Source: Eledone cirrhosa
Lineage: Eukaryota
DNA: 64,000 nucleotides
Direction: 5' to 3'
NCBI GenBank assembly: GCA_964016885.1
Contig: OZ024744.1
Span: 3,844,001-3,908,000, forward strand
Position numbers and translations under genes: made by a program
The notes under the pieces: generated by a model
The model's database searches: none
The model's input: only the letters and a program-made list of their open reading frames with translations
What the model was told of the DNA's origin: nothing
Part shown: positions 12,100 to 26,089 of the stretch, one piece after another
How positions within the stretch are numbered: position 1 is the stretch's first letter
How the letters are laid out: each line of letters opens with the position of its first letter

Positions 12100-15000
12100 G
12101 AACGATGTTTTGAGGGAAGACAAGGTAGAGAAAGATAGCTTGGTGAAGAACGACGTTTTGAGGGAAGACAAGGTAGAGAAAGATAGCTTGGTGAAGAACG
12201 AAGTTCTGAGGGAAGACAAGGTAGAGAAAGATAGCTTGGTGAAGAACGAAGTTTTGGGAGAAAACAAGGTAGAGAAAGATATCTTGGTGAAGAACGAAGT
12301 TTCGACGGAAGACAAGGTAGAGAAAGATAGCTTGGTGAAGAATGACGTTTTGTGGGAAGACAAGGTAGAGAAAGATAGCTTGGTGAAGAACGAAGTTTTG
12401 TGTGAAGACAAGCTAGAGAAAGATAGCTTGGTGAAGAACGAAGTTTTGGGGGAAGACAAGGTAGAGAAAGATAGCTTGGTGAAGAACGAAGTTTTGGGGG
12501 AAGACAAGGTAGAGAAAGATAGCTTGGTGAAGAACGAAGTTTTGAGGGAAGACAAGGTAGAGAAAGATAGCTTGGTGAATAACGAAGTTTTGGGAGAAGA
12601 CAAGGTAGAGAAAGATAGCTTGGTGAAGAACGATGTTTTGAGGGAAGACAAGGTAGAGAAAGATAGCTTGGTGAAGAACGACGTTTTGAGGGAAGACAAG
12701 GTAGAGAAAGATAGCTTGGTGAAGAACGACGTTTTGTGGGAAGACAAGGTAGAGAAAGATAGCTTGGTGAAGAACGAAGTTTTGGGGGAAGACAAGGTAG
12801 AGAAAGATAGCTTGCGAAGAACGAAGTTTTGGGGGAAGACAAGGTAGAGAAAGATAGCTTGGTGAAGAACGAAGTTTTGGGGGAAGACAAGGTAGAGAAA
12901 GATAGCTTGGTGAAGAACGACGTTTTGAGGGAAGACAAGTTAGAGAAAGATAGCTTGGTGAAGAATGACGTTTTGTGGGAAGACAAGGTAGAGAAAGATA
13001 GCTTGGTGAAGAACGAAGTTTTGTGTGAAGACAAGCTAGAGAAAGATAGCTTGGTGAAGAACGAAGTTTTGGGGGAAGACAAGGTAGAGAAAGATGACTT
13101 GGTGAAGAACGAAGTTTTGGGAGAAGACAAGGTAGAGAAAGATAGCTTGGTGAAGAACGATGTTTTGAGGGAAGACAAGGTAGAGAAAGATAGCTTGGTG
13201 AAGAACGACGTTTTGAGGGAAGACAAGGTAGAGAAAGATAGCTTGGTGAAGAACGAAGTTCTGAGGGAAGACAAGGTAGAGAAAGATAGCTTGGTGAAGA
13301 ACGAAGTTTTGGGAGAAAACAAGGTAGAGAAAGATATCTTGGTGAAGAACGAAGTTTCGACGGAAGACAAGGTAGAGAAAGATAGCTTGGTGAAGAATGA
13401 CGTTTTGTGGGAAGACAAGGTAGAGAAAGATAGCTTGGTGAAGAACGAAGTTTTGTGTGAAGACAAGCTAGAGAAAGATAGCTTGGTGAAGAACGAAGTT
13501 TTGGGGGAAGACAAGGTAGAGAAAGATAGCTTGGTGAAGAACGAAGTTTTGGGGGAAGACAAGGTAGAGAAAGATAGCTTGGTGAAGAACGAAGTTTTGA
13601 GGGAAGACAAGGTAGAGAAAGATAGCTTGGTGAATAACGAAGTTTTGGGAGAAGACAAGGTAGAGAAAGATAGCTTGGTGAAGAACGATGTTTTGAGGGA
13701 AGACAAGGTAGAGAAAGATAGCTTGGTGAAGAACGACGTTTTGAGGGAAGACAAGGTAGAGAAAGATAGCTTGGTGAAGAACGACGTTTTGTGGGAAGAC
13801 AAGGTAGAGAAAGATAGCTTGGTGAAGAACGAAGTTTTGGGGGAAGACAAGGTAGAGAAAGATAGCTTGCGAAGAACGAAGTTTTGGGGGAAGACAAGGT
13901 AGAGAAAGATAGCTTGGTGAAGAACGAAGTTTTGGGGGAAGACAAGGTAGAGAAAGATAGCTTGGTGAAGAACGACGTTTTGAGGGAAGACAAGTTAGAG
14001 AAAGATAGCTTGGTGAAGAATGACGTTTTGTGGGAAGACAAGGTAGAGAAAGATAGCTTGGTGAAGAACGAAGTTTTGTGTGAAGACAAGCTAGAGAAAG
14101 ATAGCTTGGTGAAGAACGAAGTTTTGGGGGAAGACAAGGTAGAGAAAGATGACTTGGTGAAGAACGAAGTTTTGGGGGAAGACAAGGTAGAGAAAGATAG
14201 CTTGGTGAAGAACGAAATTTTGAGGGAAGACAAGGTAGAGAAAGATAGCTTGGTGAATAACGAAGTTTTGGGAGAAGACAAGGTAGAGAAAGATAGCTTG
14301 GTGAAGAACGAAGTTTTGGGGGAAGACAAGGTAGAGAAAGATAGCTTGGTGAAGAACGAAGTTTTGAGGGAAGACAAGGTAGAGAAATATAGCTTGGTGA
14401 AGAACGATGTTTTGAGGGAAGACAAGGTAGAGAAAGATATCTTGGTGAAGAACGAAGTTTTGACGGAAGACAAGGTAGAGAAAGATAGCTTGGTGAAGAA
14501 TGACGTTTTGTGGGAAGACAAGGTAGAGAAAGATAGCTTGGTGAAGAACGAAGTTTTGTGTGAATACAAGGTAGAGAAAGATAGCTTGGTGAAGAACGAA
14601 GTTTTGGGGGAAGACAAGGCAGAGAAAGATAGATTGGTGAAGAACGAAGTTTTGAGGGATGACAAGGTAGAGAAAGATGACTTGGTGAAGAAAGAAGTTT
14701 TGGGGGAAGACAAGGTAGAGAAAGATAGCTTGGTGAAGAACGAAGTTTTGAGGGAAGACAAGGTAGAGAAAGATAGCTTGGTGAATAACGAAGTTTTGGG
14801 AGAAGACAAGGTAGAGAAAGATAGCTTGGTGAAGAACGATGTTTTGAGGGAAGACAAGGTAGAGAAAGATAGCTTGGTGAAGAACGACGTTTTGAGGGAA
14901 GACAAGGTAGAGAAAGATAGCTTGGTGAAGAACGAAGTTCTGAGGGAAGACAAGGTAGAGAAAGATAGCTTGGTGAAGAACGAAGTTTTGGGAGAAAACA

Positions 15001-16050
15001 AGGTAGAGAAAGATATCTTGGTGAAGAACGAAGTTTCGACGGAAGACAAGGTAGAGAAAGATAGCTTGGTGAAGAATGACGTTTTGTGGGAAGACAAGGT
15101 AGAGAAAGATAGCTTGGTGAAGAACGAAGTTTTGTGTGAAGACAAGCTAGAGAAAGATAGCTTGGTGAAGAACGAAGTTTTGGGGGAAGACAAGGTAGAG
15201 AAAGATAGCTTGGTGAAGAACGAAGTTTTGGGGGAAGACAAGGTAGAGAAAGATAGCTTGGTGAAGAACGAAGTTTTGAGGGAAGACAAGGTAGAGAAAG
15301 ATAGCTTGGTGAATAACGAAGTTTTGGGAGAAGACAAGGTAGAGAAAGATAGCTTGGTGAAGAACGATGTTTTGAGGGAAGACAAGGTAGAGAAAGATAG
15401 CTTGGTGAAGAACGACGTTTTGAGGGAAGACAAGGTAGAGAAAGATAGCTTGGTGAAGAACGACGTTTTGTGGGAAGACAAGGTAGAGAAAGATAGCTTG
15501 GTGAAGAACGAAGTTTTGGGGGAAGACAAGGTAGAGAAAGATAGCTTGCGAAGAACGAAGTTTTGGGGGAAGACAAGGTAGAGAAAGATAGCTTGGTGAA
15601 GAACGAAGTTTTGGGGGAAGACAAGGTAGAGAAAGATAGCTTGGTGAAGAACGACGTTTTGAGGGAAGACAAGTTAGAGAAAGATAGCTTGGTGAAGAAT
15701 GACGTTTTGTGGGAAGACAAGGTAGAGAAAGATAGCTTGGTGAAGAACGAAGTTTTGTGTGAAGACAAGCTAGAGAAAGATAGCTTGGTGAAGAACGAAG
15801 TTTTGGGGGAAGACAAGGTAGAGAAAGATGACTTGGTGAATAACGAAGTTTTGGGGGAAGACAAGGTAGAGAAAGATAGCTTGGTGAAGAACGAAATTTT
15901 GAGGGAAGACAAGGTAGAGAAAGATAGCTTGGTGAATAACGAAGTTTTGGGAGAAGACAAGGTAGAGAAAGATAGCTTGGTGAAGAACGTAGTTTTGGGG
16001 GAAGACAAGGTAGAGAAAGATAGCTTGGTGAAGAACGAAGTTTTGAGGGA
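12100..16050 (+). repeat. Three related blocks with offsets 1055 and 1679 bp
   Basis: TTGCGAAG deletion monomers lie at 12812, 13867 and 15546. Each is preceded by the same GTTTCGACGG-W-C(L) series and followed by the same AAGTTA-W-C(L)-GATGAC series. The corresponding ORF starts are 12829, 13884 and 15563. Confidence 0.75.
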
Positions 16051-17989
16051 AGACAAGGTAGAGAAAGATAGCTTGGTGAAGAACGATGTTTTGAGGGAAG
16101 ACAAGGTAGAGAAAGATAGCTTGGTGAAGAACGACGTTTTGAGGGAAGACAAGGTAGAGAAAGATAGCTTGGTGAAGAACGACGTTTTGTGGGAAGACAA
16201 GGTAGAGAAAGATAGCTTGGTGAAGAACGAAGTTTTGGGGGAAGACAAGGTAGAGAAAGATAGCTTGGTGAAGAACGAAGATTTGGGGGAAGACAAGGTA
16301 GAGAAAGAGAGCTTGGTGAAGAACGACGTTTTGATGAAAGGCAAGGTAGAGAAAGATAGCTTGGTGAAGAACGAAGTTTTGGGGAAGACAATGTAGAGAA
16401 AGATAGCTTGGTGAAGAACGAAGTTTTGGGGGAAGACAAGGTAGAGAAAGATAGCTTGGTGAAGAACGAAGTTCTGAGGGAAGACAAGGTAGAGAAAGAT
16501 AGCTTGGTGAAGAACGAAGTTTTGGGAGAAGACAAGGTAGAGAAAGATATCTTGGTGAAGAACGAAGTTTTGACGGAAGACAAGGTAGAGAAAGATAGCT
16601 TGGTGAAGAATGACGTTTTGTGGGAAGACAAGGTAGAGAAAGATAGCTTGGTGAAGAACGAAGTTTTGTGTGAAGACAAGGTAGAGAAAGATAGCTTGGT
16701 GAAGAACGAAGTTTTGGGGGAAGACAAGGCAGAGAAAGATAGATCGGTGAAGAACGAAGTTTTGAGGGATGACAAGGTAGAGAAAGATGACTTGGTGAAG
16801 AAAGAAGTTTTGGGGGAAGACAAGGTAGAGAAAGATAGCTTGGTGAAGAACGAAGTTTTGGGGGAAGACAAGGTAGAGAAAGATAGCTTGGAGAAGAACG
16901 AAGTTTTGGGGGAAAACAAGGTAGAGTAAGATAGCTTGGTGAAGAACGAAGTTTTGAGGGAAGACAAGGTAGAGAAAGATAGCTTGGTGAATAACGAAGT
17001 TTTGGGAGAAGACAAGGTAGAGAAAGATAGCTTGGTGAAGAACGATGTTTTGAGGGAAGACAAGGTAGAGAAAGATAGCTTGGTGAAGAACGACGTTTTG
17101 AGGGAAGACAAGGTAGAGAAAGATAGCTTGGTGAAGAACGAAGTTCTGAGGGAAGACAAGGTAGAGAAAGATAGCTTGGTGAAGAACGAAGTTTTGGGAG
17201 AAAACAAGGTAGAGAAAGATATCTTGGTGAAGAACGAATTTCGACGGAAGACAAGGTAGAGAAAGATAGCTTGGTGAAGAATGACGTTTTGTGGGAAGAC
17301 AAGGTAGAGAAAGATAGCTTGGTGAAGAACGAAGTTTTGTGTGAAGACAAGCTAGAGAAAGATAGCTTGGTGAAGAACGAAGTTTTGGGGGAAGACAAGG
17401 TAGAGAAAGATAGCTTGGTGAAGAACGAAGTTTTGGGGGAAGACAAGGTAGAGAAAGAGAGCTTGGTGAAGAACGAAGTTTTGAGGGAAGACAAGGTAGA
17501 GAAAGATAGCTTGGTGAATAACGAAGTTTTGGGAGAAGACAAGGTAGAGAAAGATAGCTTGGTGAAGAACGATGTTTTGAGGGAAGACAAGGTAGAGAAA
17601 GATAGCTTGGTGAAGAACGACGTTTTGAGGGAAGACAAGGTAGAGAAAGATAGCTTGGTGAAGAACGAAGTTTTGGGAGAAGACAAGGTAGAGAAAGATA
17701 TCTTGGTGAAGAACGAAGTTTTGACGGAAGACAAGGTAGAGAAAGATAGCTTGGTGAAGAATGACGTTTTGTGGGAAGACAAGGTAGAGAAAGATAGCTT
17801 GGTGAAGAACGAAGTTTTGTGTGAAGACAAGGTAGAGAAAGATAGCTTGGTGAAGAACGAAGTTTTGGGGGAAGACAAGGCAGAGAAAGATAGATTGGTG
17901 AAGAACGAAGTTTTGAGGGATGACAAGGTAGAGAAAGATGACTTGGTGAAGAAAGAAGTTTTGGGGGAAGACAAGGTAGAGAAAGATAG

Positions 17990-20900
17990 CTTGGTGAAGA
18001 ACGAAGTTTTGGGGGAAGACAAGGTAGAGACAGATAGCTTGGTGAAGAACGAAGTTTTGAGGGAAGACAAGGTAGAGAAAGATAGCTTGGTGAATAACGA
18101 AGTTTTGGGAGAAGACAAGGTAGAGAAAGATAGCTTGGTGAAGAACGATGTTTTGAGGGAAGACAAGGTAGAGAAAGATAGCTTGGTGAAGAACGACGTT
18201 TTGAGGGAAGACAAGGTAGAGAAAGATAGCTTGGTGAAGAACGAAGTTCTGAGGGAAGACAAGGTAGAGAAAGATAGCTTGGTGAAGAACGAAGTTTTGG
18301 GAGAAAAGAAGGTAGAGAAAGATATCTTGGTGAAGAACGAATTTCGACGGAAGACAAGGTAGAGAAAGATAGCTTGGTGAAGAATGACGTTTTGTGGGAA
18401 GACAAGGTAGAGAAAGATAGCTTGGTGAAGAACGAAGTTTTGTGTGAAGACAAGCTAGAGAAAGATAGCTTGGTGAAGAACGAAGTTTTGGGGGAAGACA
18501 AGGTAGAGAAAGATAGCTTGGTGAAGAACGAAGTTTTGGGGGAAGACAAGGTAGAGAAAGATAGCTTGGTGAAGAACGAAGTTTTGAGGGAAGACAAGGT
18601 AGAGAAAGATAGCTTGGTGAATAACGAAGTTTTGGGAGAAGACAAGGTAGAGAAAGATAGCTTGGTGAAGAACGATGTTTTGAGGGAAGACAAGGTAGAG
18701 AAAGATAGCTTGGTGAAGAACGACGTTTTGAGGGAAGACAAGGTAGAGAAAGATAGCTTGGTGAAGAACGACGTTTTGTGGGAAGACAAGGTAGAGAAAG
18801 ATAGCTTGCTGAAGAACGAAATTTTGGGGGAAGACAAGGTAGAGAAAGATAGCTTGGTGAAGAACGAAGTTTTGGGGGAAGACAAGGTAGAGAAAGATAG
18901 CTTGGTGAAGAACGAAGTTTTGGGGGAAGACAAGGTAGAGAAAGATAGCTTGGTGAAGAACGACGTTTTGAGGGAAGACAAGTTAGGGGAAAGATAGCTT
19001 GGTGAAGAATGACGTTTTGTGGGAAGACAAGGTAGAGAAAGATAGCTTGGTGAAGAACGAAGTTTTGAGGGAAGACGAGGTAGAGAAAGATATTTTGGTG
19101 AAGAACGAAGTTTTGGGGGAAGACAAGGTAGAGAAAGATAGCTTGGTGAAGAACGACGTTTTGAGGGAAGACAAGGTAGAGAAAGATAGCTTGGTGAAGA
19201 ACGAAGTTTTGGGGGAAGACAAGGTAGAGAAAGATAGCTTGGTGAAGAACGAAGTTTTGGGGGAAGACAAGGTAGAGAAAGATAGCTTGGTGAAGAACGA
19301 AGTTTTAGGGGAAGACAAGGTAGAGAAAGATAGCTTGGTGAAGAACGAAGTTTTGAGGGAAGACAAGGTAGAGAAAGATGACTTGGTGAAGAACGAAGTT
19401 TTGGGGGAAGACAAGGTAGAGAAAGATAGCTTGGTGAAGAACGACGTTTTGTGGGAAGACAAGGTAGAGAAAGATAGCTTGGTGAAGAACGAAGTTTTGG
19501 GGGAAGACAAGGTAGAGAAAGATAGCTTGGTGAAGAACGAAGTTTTGGGGGAAGACAAGGTAGAGGAAGAGAGCTTGGTGAATAACGACGTTTTGATGAA
19601 AGACAAGGTAGAGAAAGATAGCTTGGTGAAGAACGAAGTTTTGGGGAAGACAATATACAGAAAGATAGCTTGGTGAGGAACGAAGTTTTGGGAGAAGACA
19701 AGGTAGAGAAAGATAGCTTGGTGAAGAACGAAGTTCTGAGGGAAGACAAGGTAGAGAAAGATAGCTTGGTGAAGAACGAAGTTTTGGGAGAAGACAAGGT
19801 AGAGAAAGATATCTTGGTGAAGAACGAAGTTTTGACGGAAGACAAGGTAGAGAAAGATAGCTTGGTGAAGAATGACGTTTTGTGGGAAGACAAGGTAGAG
19901 AAAGATAGCTTGGTGAAGAACGAAGTTTTGTGTGAAGACAAGGTAGAGAAAGATAGCTTGGTGAAGAACGAAGTTTTGGGGGAAGACAAGGCAGAGAAAG
20001 ATAGATTGGTGAAGAACGAAGTTTTGTGTGAAGACAAGGTAGAGAAAGATAGCTTGGTGAAGAACGAAGTTTTGGGGGAAGACAAGGCAGAGAAAGATAG
20101 ATTGGTGAAGAACGAAGTTTTGAGGGATGACAAGGTAGAGAAAGATGACTTGGTGAAGAAAGAAGTTTTGGGGGAAGACAAGGTAGAGAAAGATAGCTTG
20201 GTGAAGAACGAAGTTTTGGGGGAAGACAAGGTAGAGAAAGATAGCTTGGTGAAGAACGAAGTTTTGGGGGAAGACAAGGTAGAGACAGATAGCTTGGTGA
20301 AGAACGAAGTTTTGAGGGAAGACAAGGTAGAGAAAGATAGCTTGGTGAATAACGAAGTTTTGGGAGAAGACAAGGTAGAGAAAGATAGCTTGGTGAAGAA
20401 CGATGTTTTGAGGGAAGACAAGGTAGAGAAAGATAGCTTGGTGAAGAACGACGTTTTGAGGGAAGACAAGGTAGAGAAAGATAGCTTGGTGAAGAACGAA
20501 GTTCTGAGGGAAGACAAGGTAGAGAAAGATAGCTTGGTGAAGAACGAAGTTTTGGGAGAAAAGAAGGTAGAGAAAGATATCTTGGTGAAGAACGAATTTC
20601 GACGGAAGACAAGGTAGAGAAAGATAGCTTGGTGAAGAATGACGTTTTGTGGGAAGACAAGGTAGAGAAAGATAGCTTGGTGAAGAACGAAGTTTTGTGT
20701 GAAGACAAGCTAGAGAAAGATAGCTTGGTGAAGAACGAAGTTTTGGGGGAAGACAAGGTAGAGAAAGATAGCTTGGTGAAGAACGAAGTTTTGGGGGAAG
20801 ACAAGGTAGAGAAAGATAGCTTGGTGAAGAACGAAGTTTTGAGGGAAGACAAGGTAGAGAAAGATAGCTTGGTGAATAACGAAGTTTTGGGAGAAGACAA

Positions 20901-22280
20901 GGTAGAGAAAGATAGCTTGGTGAAGAACGATGTTTTGAGGGAAGACAAGGTAGAGAAAGATAGCTTGGTGAAGAACGACGTTTTGAGGGAAGACAAGGTA
21001 GAGAAAGATAGCTTGGTGAAGAACGACGTTTTGTGGGAAGACAAGGTAGAGAAAGATAGCTTGCTGAAGAACGAAATTTTGGGGGAAGACAAGGTAGAGA
21101 AAGATAGCTTGGTGAAGAACGAAGTTTTGGGGGAAGACAAGGTAGAGAAAGATAGCTTGGTGAAGAACGAAGTTTTGGGGGAAGACAAGGTAGAGAAAGA
21201 TAGCTTGGTGAAGAACGACGTTTTGAGGGAAGACAAGTTAGGGGAAAGATAGCTTGGTGAAGAATGACGTTTTGTGGGAAGACAAGGTAGAGAAAGATAG
21301 CTTGGTGAAGAACGAAGTTTTGAGGGAAGACGAGGTAGAGAAAGATATTTTGGTGAAGAACGAAGTTTTGGGGGAAGACAAGGTAGAGAAAGATAGCTTG
21401 GTGAAGAACGACGTTTTGAGGGAAGACAAGGTAGAGAAAGATAGCTTGGTGAAGAACGAAGTTTTGGGGGAAGACAAGGTAGAGAAAGATAGCTTGGTGA
21501 AGAACGAAGTTTTGGGGGAAGACAAGGTAGAGAAAGATAGCTTGGTGAAGAACGAAGTTTTAGGGGAAGACAAGGTAGAGAAAGATAGCTTGGTGAAGAA
21601 CGAAGTTTTGAGGGAAGACAAGGTAGAGAAAGATGACTTGGTGAAGAACGAAGTTTTGGGGGAAGACAAGGTAGAGAAAGATAGCTTGGTGAAGAACGAC
21701 GTTTTGTGGGAAGACAAGGTAGAGAAAGATAGCTTGGTGAAGAACGAAGTTTTGGGGGAAGACAAGGTAGAGAAAGATAGCTTGGTGAAGAACGAAGTTT
21801 TGGGGGAAGACAAGGTAGAGGAAGAGAGCTTGGTGAATAACGACGTTTTGATGAAAGACAAGGTAGAGAAAGATAGCTTGGTGAAGAACGAAGTTTTGGG
21901 GAAGACAATATACAGAAAGATAGCTTGGTGAGGAACGAAGTTTTGGGAGAAGACAAGGTAGAGAAAGATAGCTTGGTGAAGAACGAAGTTCTGAGGGAAG
22001 ACAAGGTAGAGAAAGATAGCTTGGTGAAGAACGAAGTTTTGGGAGAAGACAAGGTAGAGAAAGATATCTTGGTGAAGAACGAAGTTTTGACGGAAGACAA
22101 GGTAGAGAAAGATAGCTTGGTGAAGAATGACGTTTTGTGGGAAGACAAGGTAGAGAAAGATAGCTTGGTGAAGAACGAAGTTTTGTGTGAAGACAAGGTA
22201 GAGAAAGATAGCTTGGTGAAGAACGAAGTTTTGGGGGAAGACAAGGCAGAGAAAGATAGATTGGTGAAGAACGAAGTTTT
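17990..22280 (+). repeat. Tandem duplication, period 2255 bp (47 monomers - 1 bp)
   Basis: ORFs 18374/20629 and 18999/21254 are identical, and 19670/21925 share their start. Rare markers at the same offset: AAGTTAGGGGAAA (18980/21235), GATATT (19089/21344) and GACAATATACAG..GTGAGGAAC (19649/21904). Confidence 0.9.
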
Positions 22281-25200
22281 GAGGGATGACAAGGTAGAGA
22301 AAGATGACTTGGTGAAGAAAGAAGTTTTGGGGGAAGACAAGGTAGAGAAAGATAGCTTGGTGAAGAACGAAGTTTTGGGGGAAGACAAGGTAGAGAAAGA
22401 TAGCTTGGTGAAGAACGAAGTTTTGGGGGAAAACAAGGTAGAGAAAGATAGCTTGGTGAAGAACGAAGTTTTGAGGGAAGACAAGGTAGAGAAAGATAGC
22501 TTGGTGAATAACGAAGTTTTGGGAGAAGACAAGGTAGAGAAAGATAGCTTGGTGAAGAACGATGTTTTGAGGGAAGACAAGGTAGAGAAAGATAGCTTGG
22601 TGAAGAACGACGTTTTGAGGGAAGACAAGGTAGAGAAAGATAGCTTGGTGAAGAACGAAGTTCTGAGGGAAGACAAGGTAGAGAAAGATAGCTTGGTGAA
22701 GAACGAAGTTTTGGGAGAAAACAAGGTAGAGAAAGATATCTTGGTGAAGAACGAATTTCGACGGAAGACAAGGTAGAGAAAGATAGCGTGGTGAAGAATG
22801 ACGTTTTGTGGGAAGACAAGGTAGAGAAAGATAGCTTGGTGAAGAACGAAGTTTTGTGTGAAGACAAGCTAGAGAAAGATAGCTTGGTGAAGAACGAAGT
22901 ATTGGGGGAAGACAAGGTAGAGAAAGATAGCTTGGTGAAGAACGAAGTTTTGGGAGAAGACAAGGTAGAGAAAGATAGCTTGGTGAAGAACGAAGTTTTG
23001 GGGGAAGACAAGGCAGAGAAAGATAGATTGGTGAAGAACGAAGTTTTGACGGAAGACAAGGTAGAGAAAGATAGCTTGGTGAAGAATGACGTTTTGTGGG
23101 AAGACAAGGTAGAGAAAGATAGCTTGGTGAAGAACGAAGTTTTGTGTGAAGACAAGGTAGAGAAAGATAGCTTGGTGAAGAACGAAGTTTTGGGGGAAGA
23201 CAAGGCAGAGAAAGATAGATTGGTGAAGAACGAAGTTTTGAGGGATGACAAGGTAGAGAAAGATGACTTGGTGAAGAAAGAAGTTTTGGGGGAAGACAAG
23301 GTAGAGAAAGATAGCTTGGTGAAGAACGAAGTTTTGGGGGAAGACAAGGTAGAGAAAGATAGCTTGGTGAAGAACGAAGTTTTGGGGGAAGACAAGGTAG
23401 AGACAGATAGCTTGGTGAAGAACGAAGTTTTGAGGGAAGACAAGGTAGAGAAAGATAGCTTGGTGAATAACGAAGTTTTGGGAGAAGACAAGGTAGAGAA
23501 AGATAGCTTGGTGAAGAACGATGTTTTGAGGGAAGACAAGGTAGAGAAAGATAGCTTGGTGAAGAACGACGTTTTGAGGGAAGACAAGGTAGAGAAAGAT
23601 AGCTTGGTGAAGAACGACGTTTTGTGGGAAGACAAGGTAGAGAAAGATAGCTTGCTGAAGAACGAAGTTTTGGGGGAAGACAAGGTAGAGAAAGATAGCT
23701 TGGTGAAGAACGAAGTTTTGGGGGAAGACAAGGTAGAGAAAGATAGCTTGGTGAAGAACGACGTTTTGAGGGAAGACAAGTTAGGGGAAAGATAGCTTGG
23801 TGAAGAATGACGTTTTGTGGGAAGACAAGGTAGAGAAAGATAGCTTGGTGAAGAACGAAGTTTTGAGGGAAGACGAGGTAGAGAAAGATAGCTTGGTGAA
23901 GAACGAAGTTTTGGGGGAAGACATGGTAGAGAAAGATAGCTTGGTGAAGAACGACGTTTTGAGGGAAGACAAGGTAGAGAAAGATAGCTTGGTGAAGAAC
24001 GAAGTTTTGGGGGAAGACAAGGTAGAGAAAGATAGCTTGGTGAAGAACGAAGTTTTGGGGGAAGACAAGGTAGAGAAAGATAGCTTGGTGAAGAACGAAG
24101 TTTTAGGGGAAGACAAGGTAGAGAAAGATAGCTTGGTGAAGAACGAAGTTTTGAGGGAAGACAAGGTAGAGAAAGATGACTTGGTGAAGAACGAAGTTTT
24201 GGGGGAAGACAAGGTAGAGAAAGATAGCTTGGTGAAGAACGACGTTTTGTGGGAAGACAAGGTAGAGAAAGATAGCTTGGTGAAGAACGAAGTTTTGGGG
24301 GAAGACAAGGTAGCGAAAGATAGCTTGGTGAAGAACGAAGTTTTGGGGGAAGACAAGGTAGAGGAAGAGAGCTTGGTGAAGAACGACGTTTTGATGAAAG
24401 AAAAGGTAGAGAAAGATAGCTTGGTGAAGAACGAAGTTTTGGGGAAGACAATGTAGAGAAAGATAGCTTGGTGAAGAACGAAGTTTTGGGGGAAGACAAG
24501 GTAGAGAAAGATAGCTTGGTGAAGAACGAAGTTCTGAGGGAAGACAAGGTAGAGAAAGATAGCTTGGTGAAGAACGAAGTTTTGGGAGAAGACAAGGTAG
24601 AGAAAGATATCTTGGTGAAGAACGAAGTTTTGACGGAAGACAACGTAGAGAAAGATAGCTTGGTGAAGAATGACGTTTTGTGGGAAGACAAGGTAGAGAA
24701 AGATAGCTTGGTGAAGAACGAAATTTTGTGTGAAGACAAGGTAGAGAAAGATAGCTTGGTGAAGAACGAAGTTTTGGGGGAAGACAAGGCAGAGAAAGAT
24801 AGATTGGTGAAGAACGAAGTTTTGAGGGATGACAAGGTAGAGAAAGATGACTTGGTGAAGAAAGAAGTTTTGGGGGAAGACAAGGTAGAGAAAGATAGCT
24901 TGGTGAAGAACGAAGTTTTGGGGGAAGACAAGGTAGAGAAAGATAGCTTGGTGAAGAACGAAGTTTTGGGGGAAAACAAGGTAGAGAAAGATAGCTTGGT
25001 GAAGAACGAAGTTTTGAGGGAAGACAAGGTAGAGAAAGATAGCTTGGTGAATAACGAAGTTTTGGGAGAAGACAAGGTAGAGAAAGATAGCTTGGTGAAG
25101 AACGATGTTTTGAGGGAAGACAAGGTAGAGAAAGATAGCTTGGTGAAGAACGACGTTTTGAGGGAAGACAAGGTAGAGAAAGATAGCTTGGTGAAGAACG

Positions 25201-26089
25201 AAGTTCTGAGGGAAGACAAGGTAGAGAAAGATAGCTTGGTGAAGAACGAAGTTTTGGGAGAAAACAAGGTAGAGAAAGATATCTTGGTGAAGAACGAATT
25301 TCGACGGAAGACAAGGTAGAGAAAGATAGCTTGGTGAAGAATGACGTTTTGTGGGAAGACAAGGTAGAGAAAGATAGCTTGGTGAAGAACGAAGTTTTGT
25401 GTGAAGACAAGCTAGAGAAAGATAGCTTGGTGAAGAACGAAGTTTTGGGGGAAGACAAGGTAGAGAAAGATAGCTTGGTGAAGAACGAAGTTTTGGGAGA
25501 AGACAAGGTAGAGAAAGATAGCTTGGTGAAGAACGAAGTTTTGGGGGAAGACAAGGTAGAGAAAGATAGCTTGGTGAAGAACGAAGTTTTGAGGGAAGAC
25601 AAGGTAGAGAAAGATAGCTTGGTGAAGAACGATGTTTTGAGGGAAGACAAGGTAGAGAAAGATAGCTTGGTGAAGAACGACGTTTTGAGGGAAGACAAGG
25701 TAGAGAAAGATAGCTTGGTGAAGAACGAAGTTTTGGGGGAAGACAAGGTAGAGAAAGAGAGCTTGGTGAAGAACGACGTTTTGATGAAAGACAAGGTAGA
25801 GAAAGATAGCTTGGTGAAGAACGAAGTTTTGGGGAAGACAATGTAGAGAAAGATAGCTTGGTGAAGAACGAAGTTTTGGGGGAAGACAAGGTAGAGAAAG
25901 ATAGCTTGGTGAAGAACGAAGTTCTGAGGGAAGACAAGGTAGAGAAAGATAGCTTGGTGAAGAACGAAGTTTTGCGAGAAGACAAGGTAGAGAAAGATAT
26001 CTTGGTGAAGAACGAAGTTTTGACGGAAGACAAGGTAGAGAAAGATAGCTTGGTGAAGAATGACGTTTTGTGGGAAGACAAGGTAGAGA